A stretch of DNA of 64,000 nt from Glycera tridactyla (taxonomy: Eukaryota). The notes beneath the pieces were generated by a model that ran no database searches, was not told the origin of the DNA, and saw nothing but the letters and a program-made list of their open reading frames with translations. Within the stretch, counting starts at the first letter, position 1, and the number at the start of each line of letters is the position of its first letter. The stretch lies in contig OZ286469.1 of the NCBI GenBank assembly GCA_965644265.1, positions 66,526,001 to 66,590,000 on the forward strand. Reading direction: 5' to 3'. The position numbers and the translations under genes were made by a program. This document shows, one piece after another, positions 13,809-26,399 of the stretch.

Positions 13809-14135
13809 GAGTATTCTCTTAACCTATGCTTTTCTTTGTTTCAAGTACTGCGCTTTGCGTCAAAAAAAGCATAGCCATCAGGCTTGAGTGTTAGCTTCCA
13901 GCCATTTACATAGTTAGATATGCCATCATTAGGTTATATATGTCTTTTTTGTAGAGTTGGTAGAGGTGTGTCTGAACCATCAGCTACTTCCACTTGACAA
14001 CCTTTCAGGTTCCCCATCATCTTGTGTTCAGGGTTTGTGAGAGTGATGTCTGCAGGGGAGCGACCATCTAGCTTTCATACATAATCCTGTGGGTTGATAT
14101 ATGCCGTTAAACCTCTAACAAACAAACAAACAAAC
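13809..14135 (+). mobile_element. Family C long copy (~330 bp)
   Basis: Colinear with 57551-57895 from gagtattctc to the (aaac)n tail. Confidence 0.85.
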
Positions 14136-14860
14136 CTCCGAAACCATATTTGCTGTGCTTATTTACAAGTCTGTCACGATTCATGGTATTGTAGGCCTTT
14201 GCAAGGTCCAAAAAGGTGAAAGCAGTAGAATATCCATCATCCATTATCTGTGAATTGAATCAATGCTGACTCTGGAATGTTTTGGTCAAAATCCAGACTG
14301 GAAGAGGGTCAGACTATCATTCAAGAGGAGATACTCGTATAGCTGAGTGTGCATAATTTTCTCTGCAATTTTCGAAACAAATGGTAATACTGAAATTGGC
14401 CTGTGGTTTGATGGATCCGAGCGATGGCCATCTTTGAATAATGGTGTGACTTGAAAGGTTGTCCAACTTTTAGAGACCAGAGAAACCAGTAGACTTGCTT
14501 TATTTCATTTGAAATAATAAATTTTCGAATTTATCTACATCTGGCATCATGAATTTGAAACTCAGGTGTAGAATTGATTTTCATTGTATGTATTGAATTT
14601 ATTGGCCATATCTCTCGCCAGGCGAGTGCTGTGTCATCGTGTGTGTTGAAGGTGAGTGCATGTTTTTGTTTTAGTTCGTGAATGCGAGGATTCTCCTGCA
14701 ATATATGACTCCTTTCTCGTTAGTGGACAGTGGAAACCACAGCGTAGCTATTAATACTGGCAACGTTGCGGTGCCCAATGTATTGAGCTATTTTATTTGC
14801 TTCAATTCCGCTATGGACGAGTTTCTTGATAGCCCTTTTTCTCACACTGTGGCTGTTATA

Positions 14861-15038
14861 CAGTCGAACCTGTCTATAAAGACCGCCTTCGGTGGCATCA
14901 AAAAGTGGTCTTTATAGGCAGGTGGTCTTTATAGAGAGGTCATTTACTGTTGAAAATACTACCACGGTCGCAGCTCAGGGTGGTCTTTATAGAGAGGTGG
15001 TCTCTATAGAGAGGTGGTCTTTAGAGCAGGTTCGACTG
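14861..15038. mobile_element. 178-bp MITE, TA TSD, ~28-bp TIR
   Basis: ta|CAGTCGAACCTG...CAGGTTCGACTG|ta; inserted in the Crypton ORF just upstream of HSVR. Confidence 0.9.
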
Positions 15039-15298
15039 TATTTCTGAGATTTCACCTTCCACACACATTCGTTTCATCATTTCGCCTGGTGTATGTTGCC
15101 CTCGAGGCTGGAACTTGTACCATTTCTTGCAGTCGATGATTGGTTGAGGATTTTCAATGGTAAAGCTCTTTGGTTTCAGACTGTGATTTTTGCAATTTAG
15201 AATGGGGAATCGGGGCTGAGCCTAGCATCTGGCCATCGCAAACGATACAAATTATAAGCAGTGATCATACATTTGGTAGGGTCTTCAACATAGGGGTA

Positions 15299-15463
15299 AC
15301 AGAAATGACACCTTGAGTGTCTGTGAATTTCATAATTTTCGCCTTCTGTTGGGGATCCATAAGGAGGAGTCTTGAATGATCCCACCCATGCCCATTGCAT
15401 GGGCGTCACAATATAGCCCAGATGAAGCTGACGTGACGTTAAACCCCCAACCAAACAAACCAA
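15299..15463 (+). mobile_element. Family A short retroposon
   Basis: 13-bp TSD CAACATAGGGGTA at 15286-15298 and 15464-15476. Confidence 0.95.
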
Positions 15464-16145
15464 CAACATAGGGGTATATGGTGGGTACAAAATGGCGAGT
15501 GTCAGTTGCATCTTGACGTGTATTCGTTAGACGCTCCCTCCACCTCAATGCTTCTTCCTCTGCCATCCTCTGTTACAATTTCTTCTAACTGCATATCACC
15601 CCAACACATCTGTCTAGATTCGTGGCTACCCCTGAGCCCCAGCAGTTAGTGTTCGGGAACCAAATACAATTTAAAAGGGCAGTTGCATTGTGCATGCCCA
15701 TTACTCCACGTCCCCATAGCAGATCAATAGTTTTCTCATCAATAGGTGAAGCTCTATCAGGTTTATTTCCTAGCCCTTGACTCTTTAATTGCTTCCTTTT
15801 GGCTGCCAAAACATCATGACTTGTGCTAAAACGTACATCTTGGACAATACAGCATGGATAGCCTACACTCCGCAAGTATCGTGAAAGAGACCTATAAAAA
15901 GAGGTCAAAGAATCAGGCTTGTACTCGTTCCCGTCCGGCTTTTTGAAAGACATCATCCACTCGCCTATTGATGTGTAGCTTCTCAGGTTCGATGTATTTA
16001 ATGTCACAAGTCATCCCATGTTCGGAAGCCAGCCACGAGCGGAATTTAGATATACACGAATCAGTCTTTTTCTTGGTGCCTGGGTTGCTTGGGCATTGAT
16101 AAACTCACGGAGACCGGCTTCTGCCCCGGTATTGCCTGACGGCCC

Positions 16146-16364
16146 AACCCAGTGCATGCCGACTGGGATATCAAAGGCCGGCCGTGTATTTAGGAGCCTT
16201 TTGCTTATACGCATGTTAAAGATCCACTGCTGTCTTTCGCAAAGAGTAGGGACGGCCCCCAGCAGGCAGTGACTTTTCTTCAGCATTTTCAGTTTTTTCA
16301 GTCCGATATAACCCAAGCGGGTTTAAGTGACATCAAATTAAAACAAACAAAACAAACAAACAAA
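16146..16364 (+). mobile_element. Family B (Nimb LINE 3' UTR) copy
   Basis: 11-bp TSD CCTGACGGCCC at 16135-16145 and 16365-16375. Confidence 0.95.
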
Positions 16365-17123
16365 CCTGACGGCCCCGGTGAGGGATCACTTTGCGGCGGG
16401 GCACTGCTACACCTCGCGGTCTCCACATCTTGCAAGGAGCGTCTTCCGTGTGATGCTCGGATGGTGTCAGGATGGGTTCACATAGCGGCGGGCCACTACT
16501 TGCGGTCTGCTCCTTCCCGGTCTCAACGTCAGCAGCGTTCGCGTGCCCCACTTCAACCACAATAAATTCATCTCCTTCACATCTGATCATCGCCTGAAAC
16601 ACACAAGTTAATTTCGCTATTTAATGTAGGATTCATAGTGGCTTAGAGATCGGATAAGTATTTACCACAATTTTGATGAATCAGTTGAATAGTTTTCTAT
16701 TTGAGACACAAAACAATTCTTCTTTAGACATTTTGCTGTGTTATTCTTTTCATTCCTCAAAATTCTGACAGGTTAAATGTTGGCAAGTTCACCAGTCCTC
16801 CTTGCAGCCCGCTTTGCATCTTTGAATTCATGTAGAATAGAAATATACTCATCATTTAATTAACCATGGAGAATTTTCTTCTCGCACATGTATGTTTTTG
16901 AATGGGCAACTGCATCACACCCACTCATGAGGCCATAAAACAATGGTACCGAGAGGGGTCATTATCAGGTACATGCAGGTCATCAATAAATGTTTGCTAA
17001 ACGTGTGCAGTTTGTCTTGGTTGACATGTATCATGATCTGTATGATCTTCTAGAAAAGCGTCGTAACTGGATGGAACTTCAGTGGTAATTGTGATTTTTG
17101 TTTTGGGGGTGTGTTCGTGTGTG

Positions 17124-17460
17124 TTTTTTGTCCCGCCTGCTTTAGAAGTGGTGGGACATAGATGTTACCACTCTGTTGGCGTCGTCGGCGGCGGCGGCGA
17201 CATAGTTAACATTGGTTGAAGTCTTGGTTGAGATTTTGGTGAGGTTTTTTCTCTGAAGCCTCACTCGATTAATATTGTACCAACATTCTTGAAATTTGGT
17301 ATACATATGCATCAGTAGTTGGACAATATTATAGGCATATCTTTTTCCATATTCCATCAAGTATAATTGAGTAATTTCGAGGGAGAGGAAGACTTTGAAG
17401 ATTTGTGAGTTTGGAATTTTTGAGAAAGCGAGGCCCAATAGCTGTCTGCATTGTGTAAGA
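17124..17460. mobile_element. Possible Helentron-associated (HINE/DINE-like) non-autonomous element
   Basis: T-run followed by hairpin tgtcccgcc...ggtgggaca and a cgtcgtcggcggcggcggcg microsatellite, a layout typical of HINE-like elements. Right end uncertain. Confidence 0.4.
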
Positions 17461-18917
17461 CACGGAAATGTACACCACCTCTCTTGGCTTGCCTTCCTTT
17501 GCTATGTGAGGCTTTCCGTAACTTACACTGCTTTTGTCCTTGTCTGAGTTATGTAACATAGTTGTTGATTACTCTGAGCCCTCAACCATTGGATAGATAG
17601 GGGAGGTTGGTGGAGGTGAGATTTGATGATTTCTGCCTTCAGCAGAGGTAAGTCATAGACATATTCTGTTGTTGCCATCATTCTCATCATCAACATGGAT
17701 TAAGATCCCAATTATGATTCCAGTTAGTTTTTGTCCTGCCGGCTTTATCGCTCCATGGAGCAGCTTGTTGTACCTAGGTGTGTGCGGTTTTGTGTCTATG
17801 TGTGCTTGTTCTTGTTTAGATGAGTCATAAGTTCATATAGTATTGACCATTTCAGGATGACGTATCAGAGACGAGTTTTCTTGTTCTTCCTATCGGAGAG
17901 TCATTAACAGCATGGCAAGATGGAGCTCTATCAGTCACTCTTTTGCATGATGAGTAGGAGTTGATCATAATATCTCCGATGGCTTGCTGTTCCGATTTGT
18001 CCCACCTGACTCTAGTCTGTCAGTCTGTGTACTTAATTTTCAAATTATCGTGATATTAGATATTGGGTCATAGATATAGACGCTAAACAGTTTGGAAAGA
18101 TGATATCTCATATTCTTAGTGGGTATCAGTCAAGTAGGATTTCATGCATTACCGATTTTCTGTTGCTGGTATGACTTTTACATTGTTGAATGGAAAGAGC
18201 GAATGATATACATCATGGTGGTATACGTTGTACGGTACAGTCAGCTTTCGCAATCCGATTCATTAATGTGGATATTCTCTACACTTCTTGCATTTTCTGT
18301 AGAGATGGGTTTCTCGCGAGGGATTGAGATTTGGGCAGCTTTTAGACGCAAGTCATTTGTTCCATCAACCAACTCTGTGGATCAGACGCGGGTGTCTGTC
18401 TGAGTAATAGCTGTTCTGATTTTTGGATAGATAACTTGAGTAGATGCATTTTCAGGGGTTCTATAGGGGCATCGAATGTTGAGTCTGTACTCAATACTTC
18501 TGATAGTTGTGAGCGAGGAGTTAATGCTTCTCGAGAGTAGATAGATGCTGAGGCTCTGGTCATTTATCAAATTCATTACTGACAGCCGTTTTATGTGATA
18601 GACATTGCTGAGCTCATCAGTGAGCTTCCAGAATGTCATTTACAAAAATCGCACATTGAGTGTCTGTGAAATTTTATAATTTCAACATATTTGCGCTGAT
18701 GTGATGTTGAACCAAAACCAACCATCTTGAATTTCTTGTCATGTCCCGAAGCCTGGAAGTATTTGGCTGATATTTGAATGTTTGACTTTGTCAGTCTGGT
18801 CATGGGCATAATTGTATGAATGTCATAGTCCACATTGCAATGACTTGTTGCCCAACTTTCCGAAGTTTCACTTATTTGTATGGAGTTGAGGCACTTTTGA
18901 AGGGACTGGTAGTGTTC

Positions 18918-19199
18918 ATATTTGATTATTTGCATGAATTGGGAATATTTAGACAAATATGAATCGTGTGCATGCTAACCCAGTGCATGCCGACTGGGAT
19001 ATCAAAGGCCGGCCGTGTTGATAGGAGTCTTTTCCTTGACGCACGTTAAAGATCCACTGCTGTCTTTCGCAAAGAGTAGGGACGGCCCCCGGCAGGCAGT
19101 GACTCTTTTCTTCAGCATTTTCAGTTTTTCAGTCCGATATAACCCAAGTGGGTTTAAGTGACGTTAAACTTAAACAAACAAACAAACAAACAAACAAAC
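18918..19199 (+). mobile_element. Nimb LINE 3' end (last ORF2 codons + family B UTR)
   Basis: atatttgattatttgcatgaattgggaatatttagacaaatatga (IFDYLHELGIFRQI*) then the UTR; absent from the duplicate at ~21550. Confidence 0.9.
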
Positions 19200-19451
19200 T
19201 GTATTATCAGTTACCTGATATTGATGTAATGCTGCAAAAGGAGATATTAATCGTACTATGAAAATACTTTATATTCTGGTTGTAAGAACGTATTGAATAC
19301 ATTCTATCCTCTCGATACGGAACAAGAAGTCAAGAATTATCTCACTCATGGTCATGTGTTGCTTTTTGACTGAGAAGTTGGTTGTGATAAATGGGCAGAA
19401 GTACGATGGAATGTTGGCACACACTTGATAAAATGTTTTCTACTTGTAAAC

Positions 19452-19640
19452 ATAGATAACAGAAATGACACCTTGAGTGTCTGTGAATTTCATAAATTTT
19501 CGCCTGCTGTTGGGGATCCAGAAGGAGGAGTCTTGAATGATCCTACCCATGCCCATTGCATGGGCGTCATAATATAGCCCAGATGGAGCTGACGTGACGT
19601 TAAACCCCCCAAAAAACAAAAAAACAAACAAACAAAACAA
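19452..19640 (+). mobile_element. Family A short retroposon
   Basis: Full body and tail; empty site in the duplicate at ~21815. Confidence 0.95.
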
Positions 19641-20539
19641 CCTTATACCAGCCAATTTCACTCAAAATTGCAGCTGTAGGATAATGTTTTGGTAAAGATC
19701 CTTGGTTTCTGTTTGACATGTTTCCGAATGCTACTCATTTCTCCCCATATGCTAGAGCTTACCCTCTTATTGTAGATCAGTTTGTCCCAGCATACAATTT
19801 GTATTGGAGAGACCTACAACATGTACGATCTACTCAACATTTTGTGACCAGGCACCACTGTCACTTCATTTCCCATGAGTTTCGTTGTCATCAGTAGGCA
19901 TGCATGTGAATCGTTCTAGTCATAGGTCCCATGATTATCATCCTTTCTGCTTCATCTGCTCTATCTGCCCAGAGAGTGTATAGGTGCCACGAGAGTATTT
20001 CACTGCCTCATTATGGAACAGATTTTCTCTACACTCTGTATGCCCAGACACCACCGATCGGCAGAAGGCAGCATGTTTGTTTGATAGTGTTTATTGAAGG
20101 TTTTGCAAACCATGTTCTTCAGCTTGTAAAATGTATTTATTACCTCATTGAAGGCATGTCCTGCACTTGAGATCACGTTGGCGGAAGCTGCTAGGGCTGA
20201 GTTCCTGTACATGTGTCAACACATCAATTTGGATGTTGATACATGTGCAGCTGTCCCATACAGTTGAGTCTGATATCTGGATTTTTGGTCTTGATAGTGC
20301 TGCCATAACTCATCACTAACAACCGTAGACACTACACCCCATTTGATTCACTACTTATGTGGGAAAGCCTGGGTTGAGATTAGGATATTAACAAACCACA
20401 TTGACTTGTAGCCTAAACTTCCGAAGTTCTACATTTTTTTATTGGATCTCCCACACCTTTAGGATGTTCCCCTGTGAAGGGTTTGCACATCATCTGCAAT
20501 ATCGTCATATTGTTATTAGTTCGAGCCTATGCAGGAAGG

Positions 20540-20705
20540 CAGTGCATGCTGACTAGGGTACTAAAGGCCAGCTGTGTGCCTGGAAGTCTATTCCTGTATG
20601 CATGTGAAAGAGCCACTGATGCCCACAGCCTATCATTTTTTTTCAGTCCGATCTGAATCACGGAGGTTAAAAATACATCGAACCCAAACAAATATTCAAA
20701 CAAAC
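20540..20705 (+). mobile_element. Family B diverged copy
   Basis: cagtgcatgctgactaggg...aaagagccactg...tcagtccgat...caaacaaa. Confidence 0.7.
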
Positions 20706-21269
20706 GCTTATTTCCGAAAAGGGTAGGTATTAGATGTTATACCCCGTTTTCATGAGTTTCAACCTTCAGTTAGTGACCAGGACAGAGGTGTTTTGAAGGA
20801 TCCCATCCATGTCCATCGTGCGCTGGGTGAGGATATCAATGAAATGTGGATTTCATTGCTGTTGTGCATTTTGCTTCGCCTATGTTATTGGCAAATGATT
20901 AAATAACCATTCTCCACCAGCGTTGTCCACTTGATGCATGATATTGTTCATCTGTTTCTTATTGAATGAGTATTTTCCTTTCATTCGTTTCCATGGCCAT
21001 TTGTAATCAATCCTTATGAATATAACCCAGATGGTGCTCAGGGAATAGGGAATATTGAACAGACAATCAAGCAACCATTCAAGTGCAGTCAGTATTGCCT
21101 TCAAAATGGGAGACAACCAATTGATCATCCAACCATCTGACCAGCCAATCTGCCCGGATGCATCTCACTGAGGTCGGATTTAATTGAAAAGCTGTAAAAA
21201 GAAAAACTTACAGCCTAAGTTGCTGAAGTTCTACTTAGTTTGATGCATCCCTTCTCAAATGGCCAATTA

Positions 21270-22860
21270 CACATACTTCTCGAAAAATCGGAATCTGTCA
21301 AGTTTTGAAGCCTTTGCAATCATCCTGACGTGGCTTTGAACCATAACCAACCAACCATCTAAAATTTCTTGTCTTAGCTGTGTCCCAAAAGTAATTGACT
21401 GATCTTTGAGTGTTTGAGGGGTCAGACTGGTCATGGACACAATGGTATAGATTTCATAGACCACATTACAATGGCTTGTTGTCCAACTTTCCGAAGTTTC
21501 AATTGTTTGTATGGAATTGACGCACTTTTGAAGGGACTGGTAGTGTTCCCCTGTATTATCAGTTACCATATATTGATGTATTGCTTCACATGGTGATATT
21601 GTTGGTATAGATTGCACATGTAGGAGCGCCAACCAATGGAGGCAGTATGTGAACTTTATATTTTAGTTTTAATAAAGTATTGAATACATTCTTTCCTTTC
21701 GATATGGAACTAGAAGTCAAGAATTATCTCATTCATGGTCATGTGTTGCTTTTCGACTGGGCAGAAGTAAGATGGAATCTTGGCACACACTTGATAAAAT
21801 GTTTTCTACTTGTAAACTACCTTATACTCGCCAATTTCTATTTTGTAGGGGCGTCACTCAAAATCGCAGCTGTAGGACAAAACTTTGCCAATATCTGATT
21901 TTTTTATTCCATTGATGTTTTGGTAAAGATCCTTGGTTTCTGTTTGACATGTTTCCAAATGATACTCATTTCTCGCCATATGCTAGAGCTTACCCTCTTA
22001 TTGTAGATCAGTTTGTCCTAGCATACAATTCGTATTGGAGGGACCTACAACATGTAGGATCTACTACACATTTTGTGACCAGGCACTGCTGTAACTTCAT
22101 TCCCATGAGTTTCGTTGTCACCAGTAGGCATGCATGTGAATCGTTCTAGTCGTAGGTCCCATGATTATTATCCAATCTGCTTTATATCTGCCGAGAGTGT
22201 ATAGGTGCCACGAGAGTATTTCTCTCCACACTCTGAATGCCCAAACACCACCGATGGGCAAGATTGGCGGGAGGCAGCATGTTTGTTTGATAGTGCTTAT
22301 TGGAGGTGTTGCAAACCATGTTCTTCAGCTTGTAAAACGTATTTATTACCTCATTGAAGGCCCGCACTTAGGATCACGTTGACTGTAGCTGCCAGGTATA
22401 GCTTCTTGCACGTGTCAACACATTAATTTGGAGGTAGATACATGTGCACTTGTCCCAGAAATGACACCTCGAGTGTCTGTGAATTTCATAAATTTTCGCC
22501 TTCTGTTAGGGACCCAGAAGGAGGAGTCTTAAACGATCCCACCCATGCCCATTGCATGGGCGTCACAATATAGCACGGATGGAGCTGACGTGACGTTAAA
22601 CACCCAACAAAACAAAAACAAACATCCCATACAGATGAGTCTGATATCTGGATTTTTGGTCTGATAGTGCTGCCATAACTCCTATCACCAACAACCGTGG
22701 ACACTTCATACACTCCATTTGATTCACTACTTATGTGGGAAAGCCTGGGTTGAGATTATGGCATTGCAAACCACATGGACTTGTAGCCTAAATTTCCGAA
22801 GTTCTACTCTTTTGAGTGGATCTGTTGTGTAAGATCACCAGCTTCCCACACTTTTAGGAT
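21270..22860. repeat. Segmental duplicate, copy 2 (partner 18645-20470)
   Basis: See copy 1. Also carries an A-type tail at ~21325-21360. Confidence 0.9.
22458..22624 (+). mobile_element. Family A short retroposon
   Basis: TSD TCCCA (22453-22457 and 22625-22629); empty site ctgtcccatacag at ~20253. Confidence 0.95.
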
Positions 22861-23380
22861 GATCCAGGCTGGCCAATTGACGAGCTCGAGACAATCTCCA
22901 ACACCTAGTTTGTCTTTCAAGATGCCGGACATGAGTTGAAAGTTGGATTACCCGTATGTGCACGTGTTACCCTATGGCGGAGCATACAAATTGTAGTGGT
23001 AGACTAATCCTCTCTATAGTCAGGCATAGAGATACTATGCACCTCCTGTAAGAAGGGACATTAATTAGTTTCGACATTAATGTAATTGCACATTCGATTA
23101 AAGAAAAGGTAGAATGTAGGTGACTGTGTAAGTAGGGCTGAGTCTGTAAGCAAAATGACTCCCTTTTAAACCCTATCCCCCAGTATGCCCCCAGTATAAG
23201 CCTTCCCTTTTTTAATTCCTGTTTGAACGACTGGAGTGATTCACTGGATCTCAGTGAGGCGTTCGTAGCACTCCGGAGGACAGCTCCATGTTGCCCAACT
23301 TCTTACTGTGAAAACAAGGATAGATATTGGAACCAGAAGGTCATTATTTTCATGACTTGATTTGCTGAGGCAAGTTATGA

Positions 23381-23428
23381 ATAATCCTGTGGGTTGATAC
23401 ATGCCATTAAACCTCAAACAAACCAAAC
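23381..23428 (+). mobile_element. Family C 3' tail only
   Basis: ataatcctgtgggttgatacatgccattaaacctcaaacaaac. Confidence 0.8.
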
Positions 23429-24022
23429 CTGCTAGGTTTGGCAGTATTTTGTGGAAGTTCTCGGCTGGGCAAAAGAAACCCTATTGGTTGGATCGATGCT
23501 TGATAGACTTCAAGCAGCATATTATCTTTGCAGACATCTTTTGAAAGAGGGGCTATCACTTTCAGACAGATATTGCTTGGGCCAGATGCGGATGAATCTC
23601 CCATTTTAGGCATGCATTCACCACACATGCCACGCATTACAGCCAAACACGGACTCTAGTAATCCTATGTTTCAGTCTGAGTCATTGCCATTTATGAGTC
23701 CCATTCAATCACCAATTTATGTTGATATCTCTGGATATTCACATCATTGAGACTGGAAATATGTTTCGATGTGGATTATGGTTATAGGAAAAGACAATAT
23801 GTATCTGATAACTTTATGGATCAACGAAAAGCTATCAGATATACTGATGAATGTTCTCAGTCATCCAGAAGCTCTAGCCTTCAGCCCGAAGAACTCTCTG
23901 TCCGTCGAAGGCTAGAGGTTCTAGCCTCAACATCACTTTCAATGTCCAGTTTTTTTTCATTGATCCATATTGGATTTCGACTGGATGACTGAGAACATTT
24001 ATCAGTATATCTGATAGCTTTT

Positions 24023-24520
24023 TTGAGCCATTCACCTCCATGGACCAGGCAGCTAATGAGGTCAGTGGTTCTAACCCCGGCTGAAATTGAGCGTGTGATG
24101 GACCTTCAAGGTTCAAATATGGTGAAACTGGATGCAAGAATGGATCAGTCTGAGAAGAATGATAGACTAGCTGTTTTGATAATTGATGGTCTCGTGAATG
24201 TCCGTGGTGTGCCCCTACCACAACAGATAGTGAATATGCTTAGCAAAGAACTGAAAATTGTAACTACCACAAGATGTATTTTACAATGTCATAGGTTTGG
24301 CCCTGATGGTAAAGATGGCCTCCCCAAATCAGTCAAAGTGAGGTTTTCCGATCCAGCTGTTAGGCGTGATGTCATTAAAGCCAAAGGTCTCCTTAAAGGC
24401 AAAAAGATCTTCTTGAGGGAACACCTGACACCACCAATGACATTTTTTTCCAAACAAGATCAGCTAAGCAAAAAAGGCAAATTCATAGCATATGGACGCA
24501 GGATGGTACCGTTTTTGTAG
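24023..24520 (+). pseudogene. LINE ORF1 L1-type RRM/CTD region
   Basis: LIIDGL...CHRFG...SVKVRF...IKAKGLLKGKKIFLREHLT. Confidence 0.75.
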
Positions 24521-25055
24521 CTGCTACTCCGGATAGCAGACGTTATGCTGTTGATAACATGGCCGATATGACTAAAATGAAAATACCACTTAGGAAACCA
24601 GCTAAAGATTTATCGCATAAGAAAAACCCAGTTGAGTCCAACCCACCACCCCCTGTTCCATTGGAAACCAACATTATGTCCAGTGGGAACTCAATGCTAC
24701 CTTTGACTCCGCTACTCCACGGACTTGATCTTGCAGCAAGTGGTGCAGGTGCTACGGGGGCACTACAGCATGCGCCTGCTCACTCGCAGGTCGATATCGT
24801 AGGCAATAATTTGAAACAGGACGCGCTGGCGAAACATGACATTGGCTCTCTTGCTTTGTGTGCTAACGAGCGTAACCTGGCAGCTCCTGACTCGCTGCCA
24901 ATTTACAAATACTTTGAGACACCAGGCTCAACTTTGAGTCCATGTTATGGCGTACATACTGCATTCCAGCGAGGTTTACAGGCAAAAGCATGTCTCTAAA
25001 TCGGTAGGTTTTCTAGTACTACTATAACTGCATAGCTATAACTGTCCGTCCTCTT

Positions 25056-25424
25056 TTGAATCACTCTGATTTGGCCCCACCAGCTAACACACACCGACCT
25101 CTGTCATTTCAGAAATGCCGGCTCGAAGATGAAGATATTGCAGTTGAATGCAACATCAATGATATTGACCACTGCCCGGTTAACATAAGGAGGCACATCA
25201 CCGATGTGAAGGGTTTTCATAATGTACTCTTGATAGGCTCTAGTCATGTTGAAAGGAGTCATGTTTTCCAGTGTAGGCAAACTCGCAAACGGCAAAATCA
25301 GTACGGTACCATCCTGCGCGGCATGCATCATCCGGATAGGGTCCATTTAAATGATCAGGGTATGATCGCCCTCGCTCTGAGCATTACTGGCCAATTGATT
25401 GACATGTGGGATGATCTGTCCTAG
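25056..25424 (+). pseudogene. LINE ORF1 SGNH/GDSL esterase remnant
   Basis: VLLIGSSHV (block I) and PDRVHLNDQG (block V, DxxH), apparently with an internal deletion. Confidence 0.65.
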
Positions 25425-26399
25425 CTCCAAGCAAAACGCAGAATATTCAACCGTAAACTCAAAATTATCACGCATTCATTGTGATGCCATCCCAACACTT
25501 GTCTTGAGTGACCACCCTGATGGCCTAATGGATGTTTGGGTCTTTTACTCTTGATGTGTGGAATGTTTGTTACTATACATCATGTGAAATCTGAATTCCA
25601 TCTCCATTATGTCTTGCCTGTCGTGATTGGGACAGCATAGTACTTCATTTATTACAAACTGCCAGTTGCTTGGGCTAACTTCTCAAAGTTAACTTTTCAA
25701 ATTCCCGAAGGTAGATAGTGTAGCTGACATGAATATGTGGGTTGGTGTGTTTGAACTACTGGCAACTGCTCTGTTATGATCACAATGTGCTACTGGCTAC
25801 AGCATCAACTAATCATGGCCGTATCATCCGAACCCTGGTTCTTTATTGGTAGATCTACTACGAGCAGCCGGAAGTTTGGCAGAGAGTGCCTATAACTGCA
25901 CTGTTCTCATTCTGTGTATTCACCAATATCTCATTATGCTTATCTGTTTCTGCCTTTATATTCGGGAGCCTGTGTATTTTTCTGAGGGTCACATGGCTAT
26001 CTGCAGGACTCACAACAACAAGGTAAAACCTCATTTCATTTAATCTATGAACACTCATCCATGAGATGGTCGGTCAGCTGTGCATATACGGACAGAATAC
26101 AATTCAGAGTGTCTTGGTGGTTGACGCTTGATATGCAGGCTGGTTTGCTATTTTGTACGGACACATTTCTACAATTCTTGTTAATTCTTCGTTATTACTT
26201 GAACTCTACTACTTGGAATTCGTCACTATTGAACCTAGAACTTCACTTGTGATCGACGAATGCCATATATTTTGACTTATTTTATTTTATTAATCTATTG
26301 TGATGTGTGCTCCCACAAACTCTTATTTTCCTACTCATTTGAGTAAGATCTCTCTCGCTACCCCTCCTCATTATTCTACCTGCACTAGATCCTGACTGG

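Larger units (their letters stand above)
14670..16602 (-). mobile_element. Crypton-like DUF3504 tyrosine-recombinase element, pseudogenised, with three nested insertions
   Basis: Minus-strand translation: GEWMMSFKKPDGNEYKPDSLTSFYRSLSRYL...AAKRKQLKSQGLGNKP...; FVPTIYP...; after removing the MITE, HSVR (14840-14851)...IGHRNVASINSY (Tyr codon 14744-14746), which are the YR catalytic motifs. Confidence 0.9.
18645..20470. repeat. Segmental duplicate, copy 1 (partner 21270-22860)
   Basis: Long colinear identity, e.g. gttttggtaaagatccttggtttctgtttgacatgtttcc at ~19686 and ~21917. Includes an internally deleted A copy at 18645-18726. Confidence 0.9.

Noticed and set aside
22803-22825. ctactcttttgagtggatct as a possible minus-strand family B fragment
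   Set aside because: It aligns with non-B sequence at ~20425 in the duplicated segment and lacks the rest of B, so it is probably coincidental. It is still the closest thing to a counter-example to the polarity finding.
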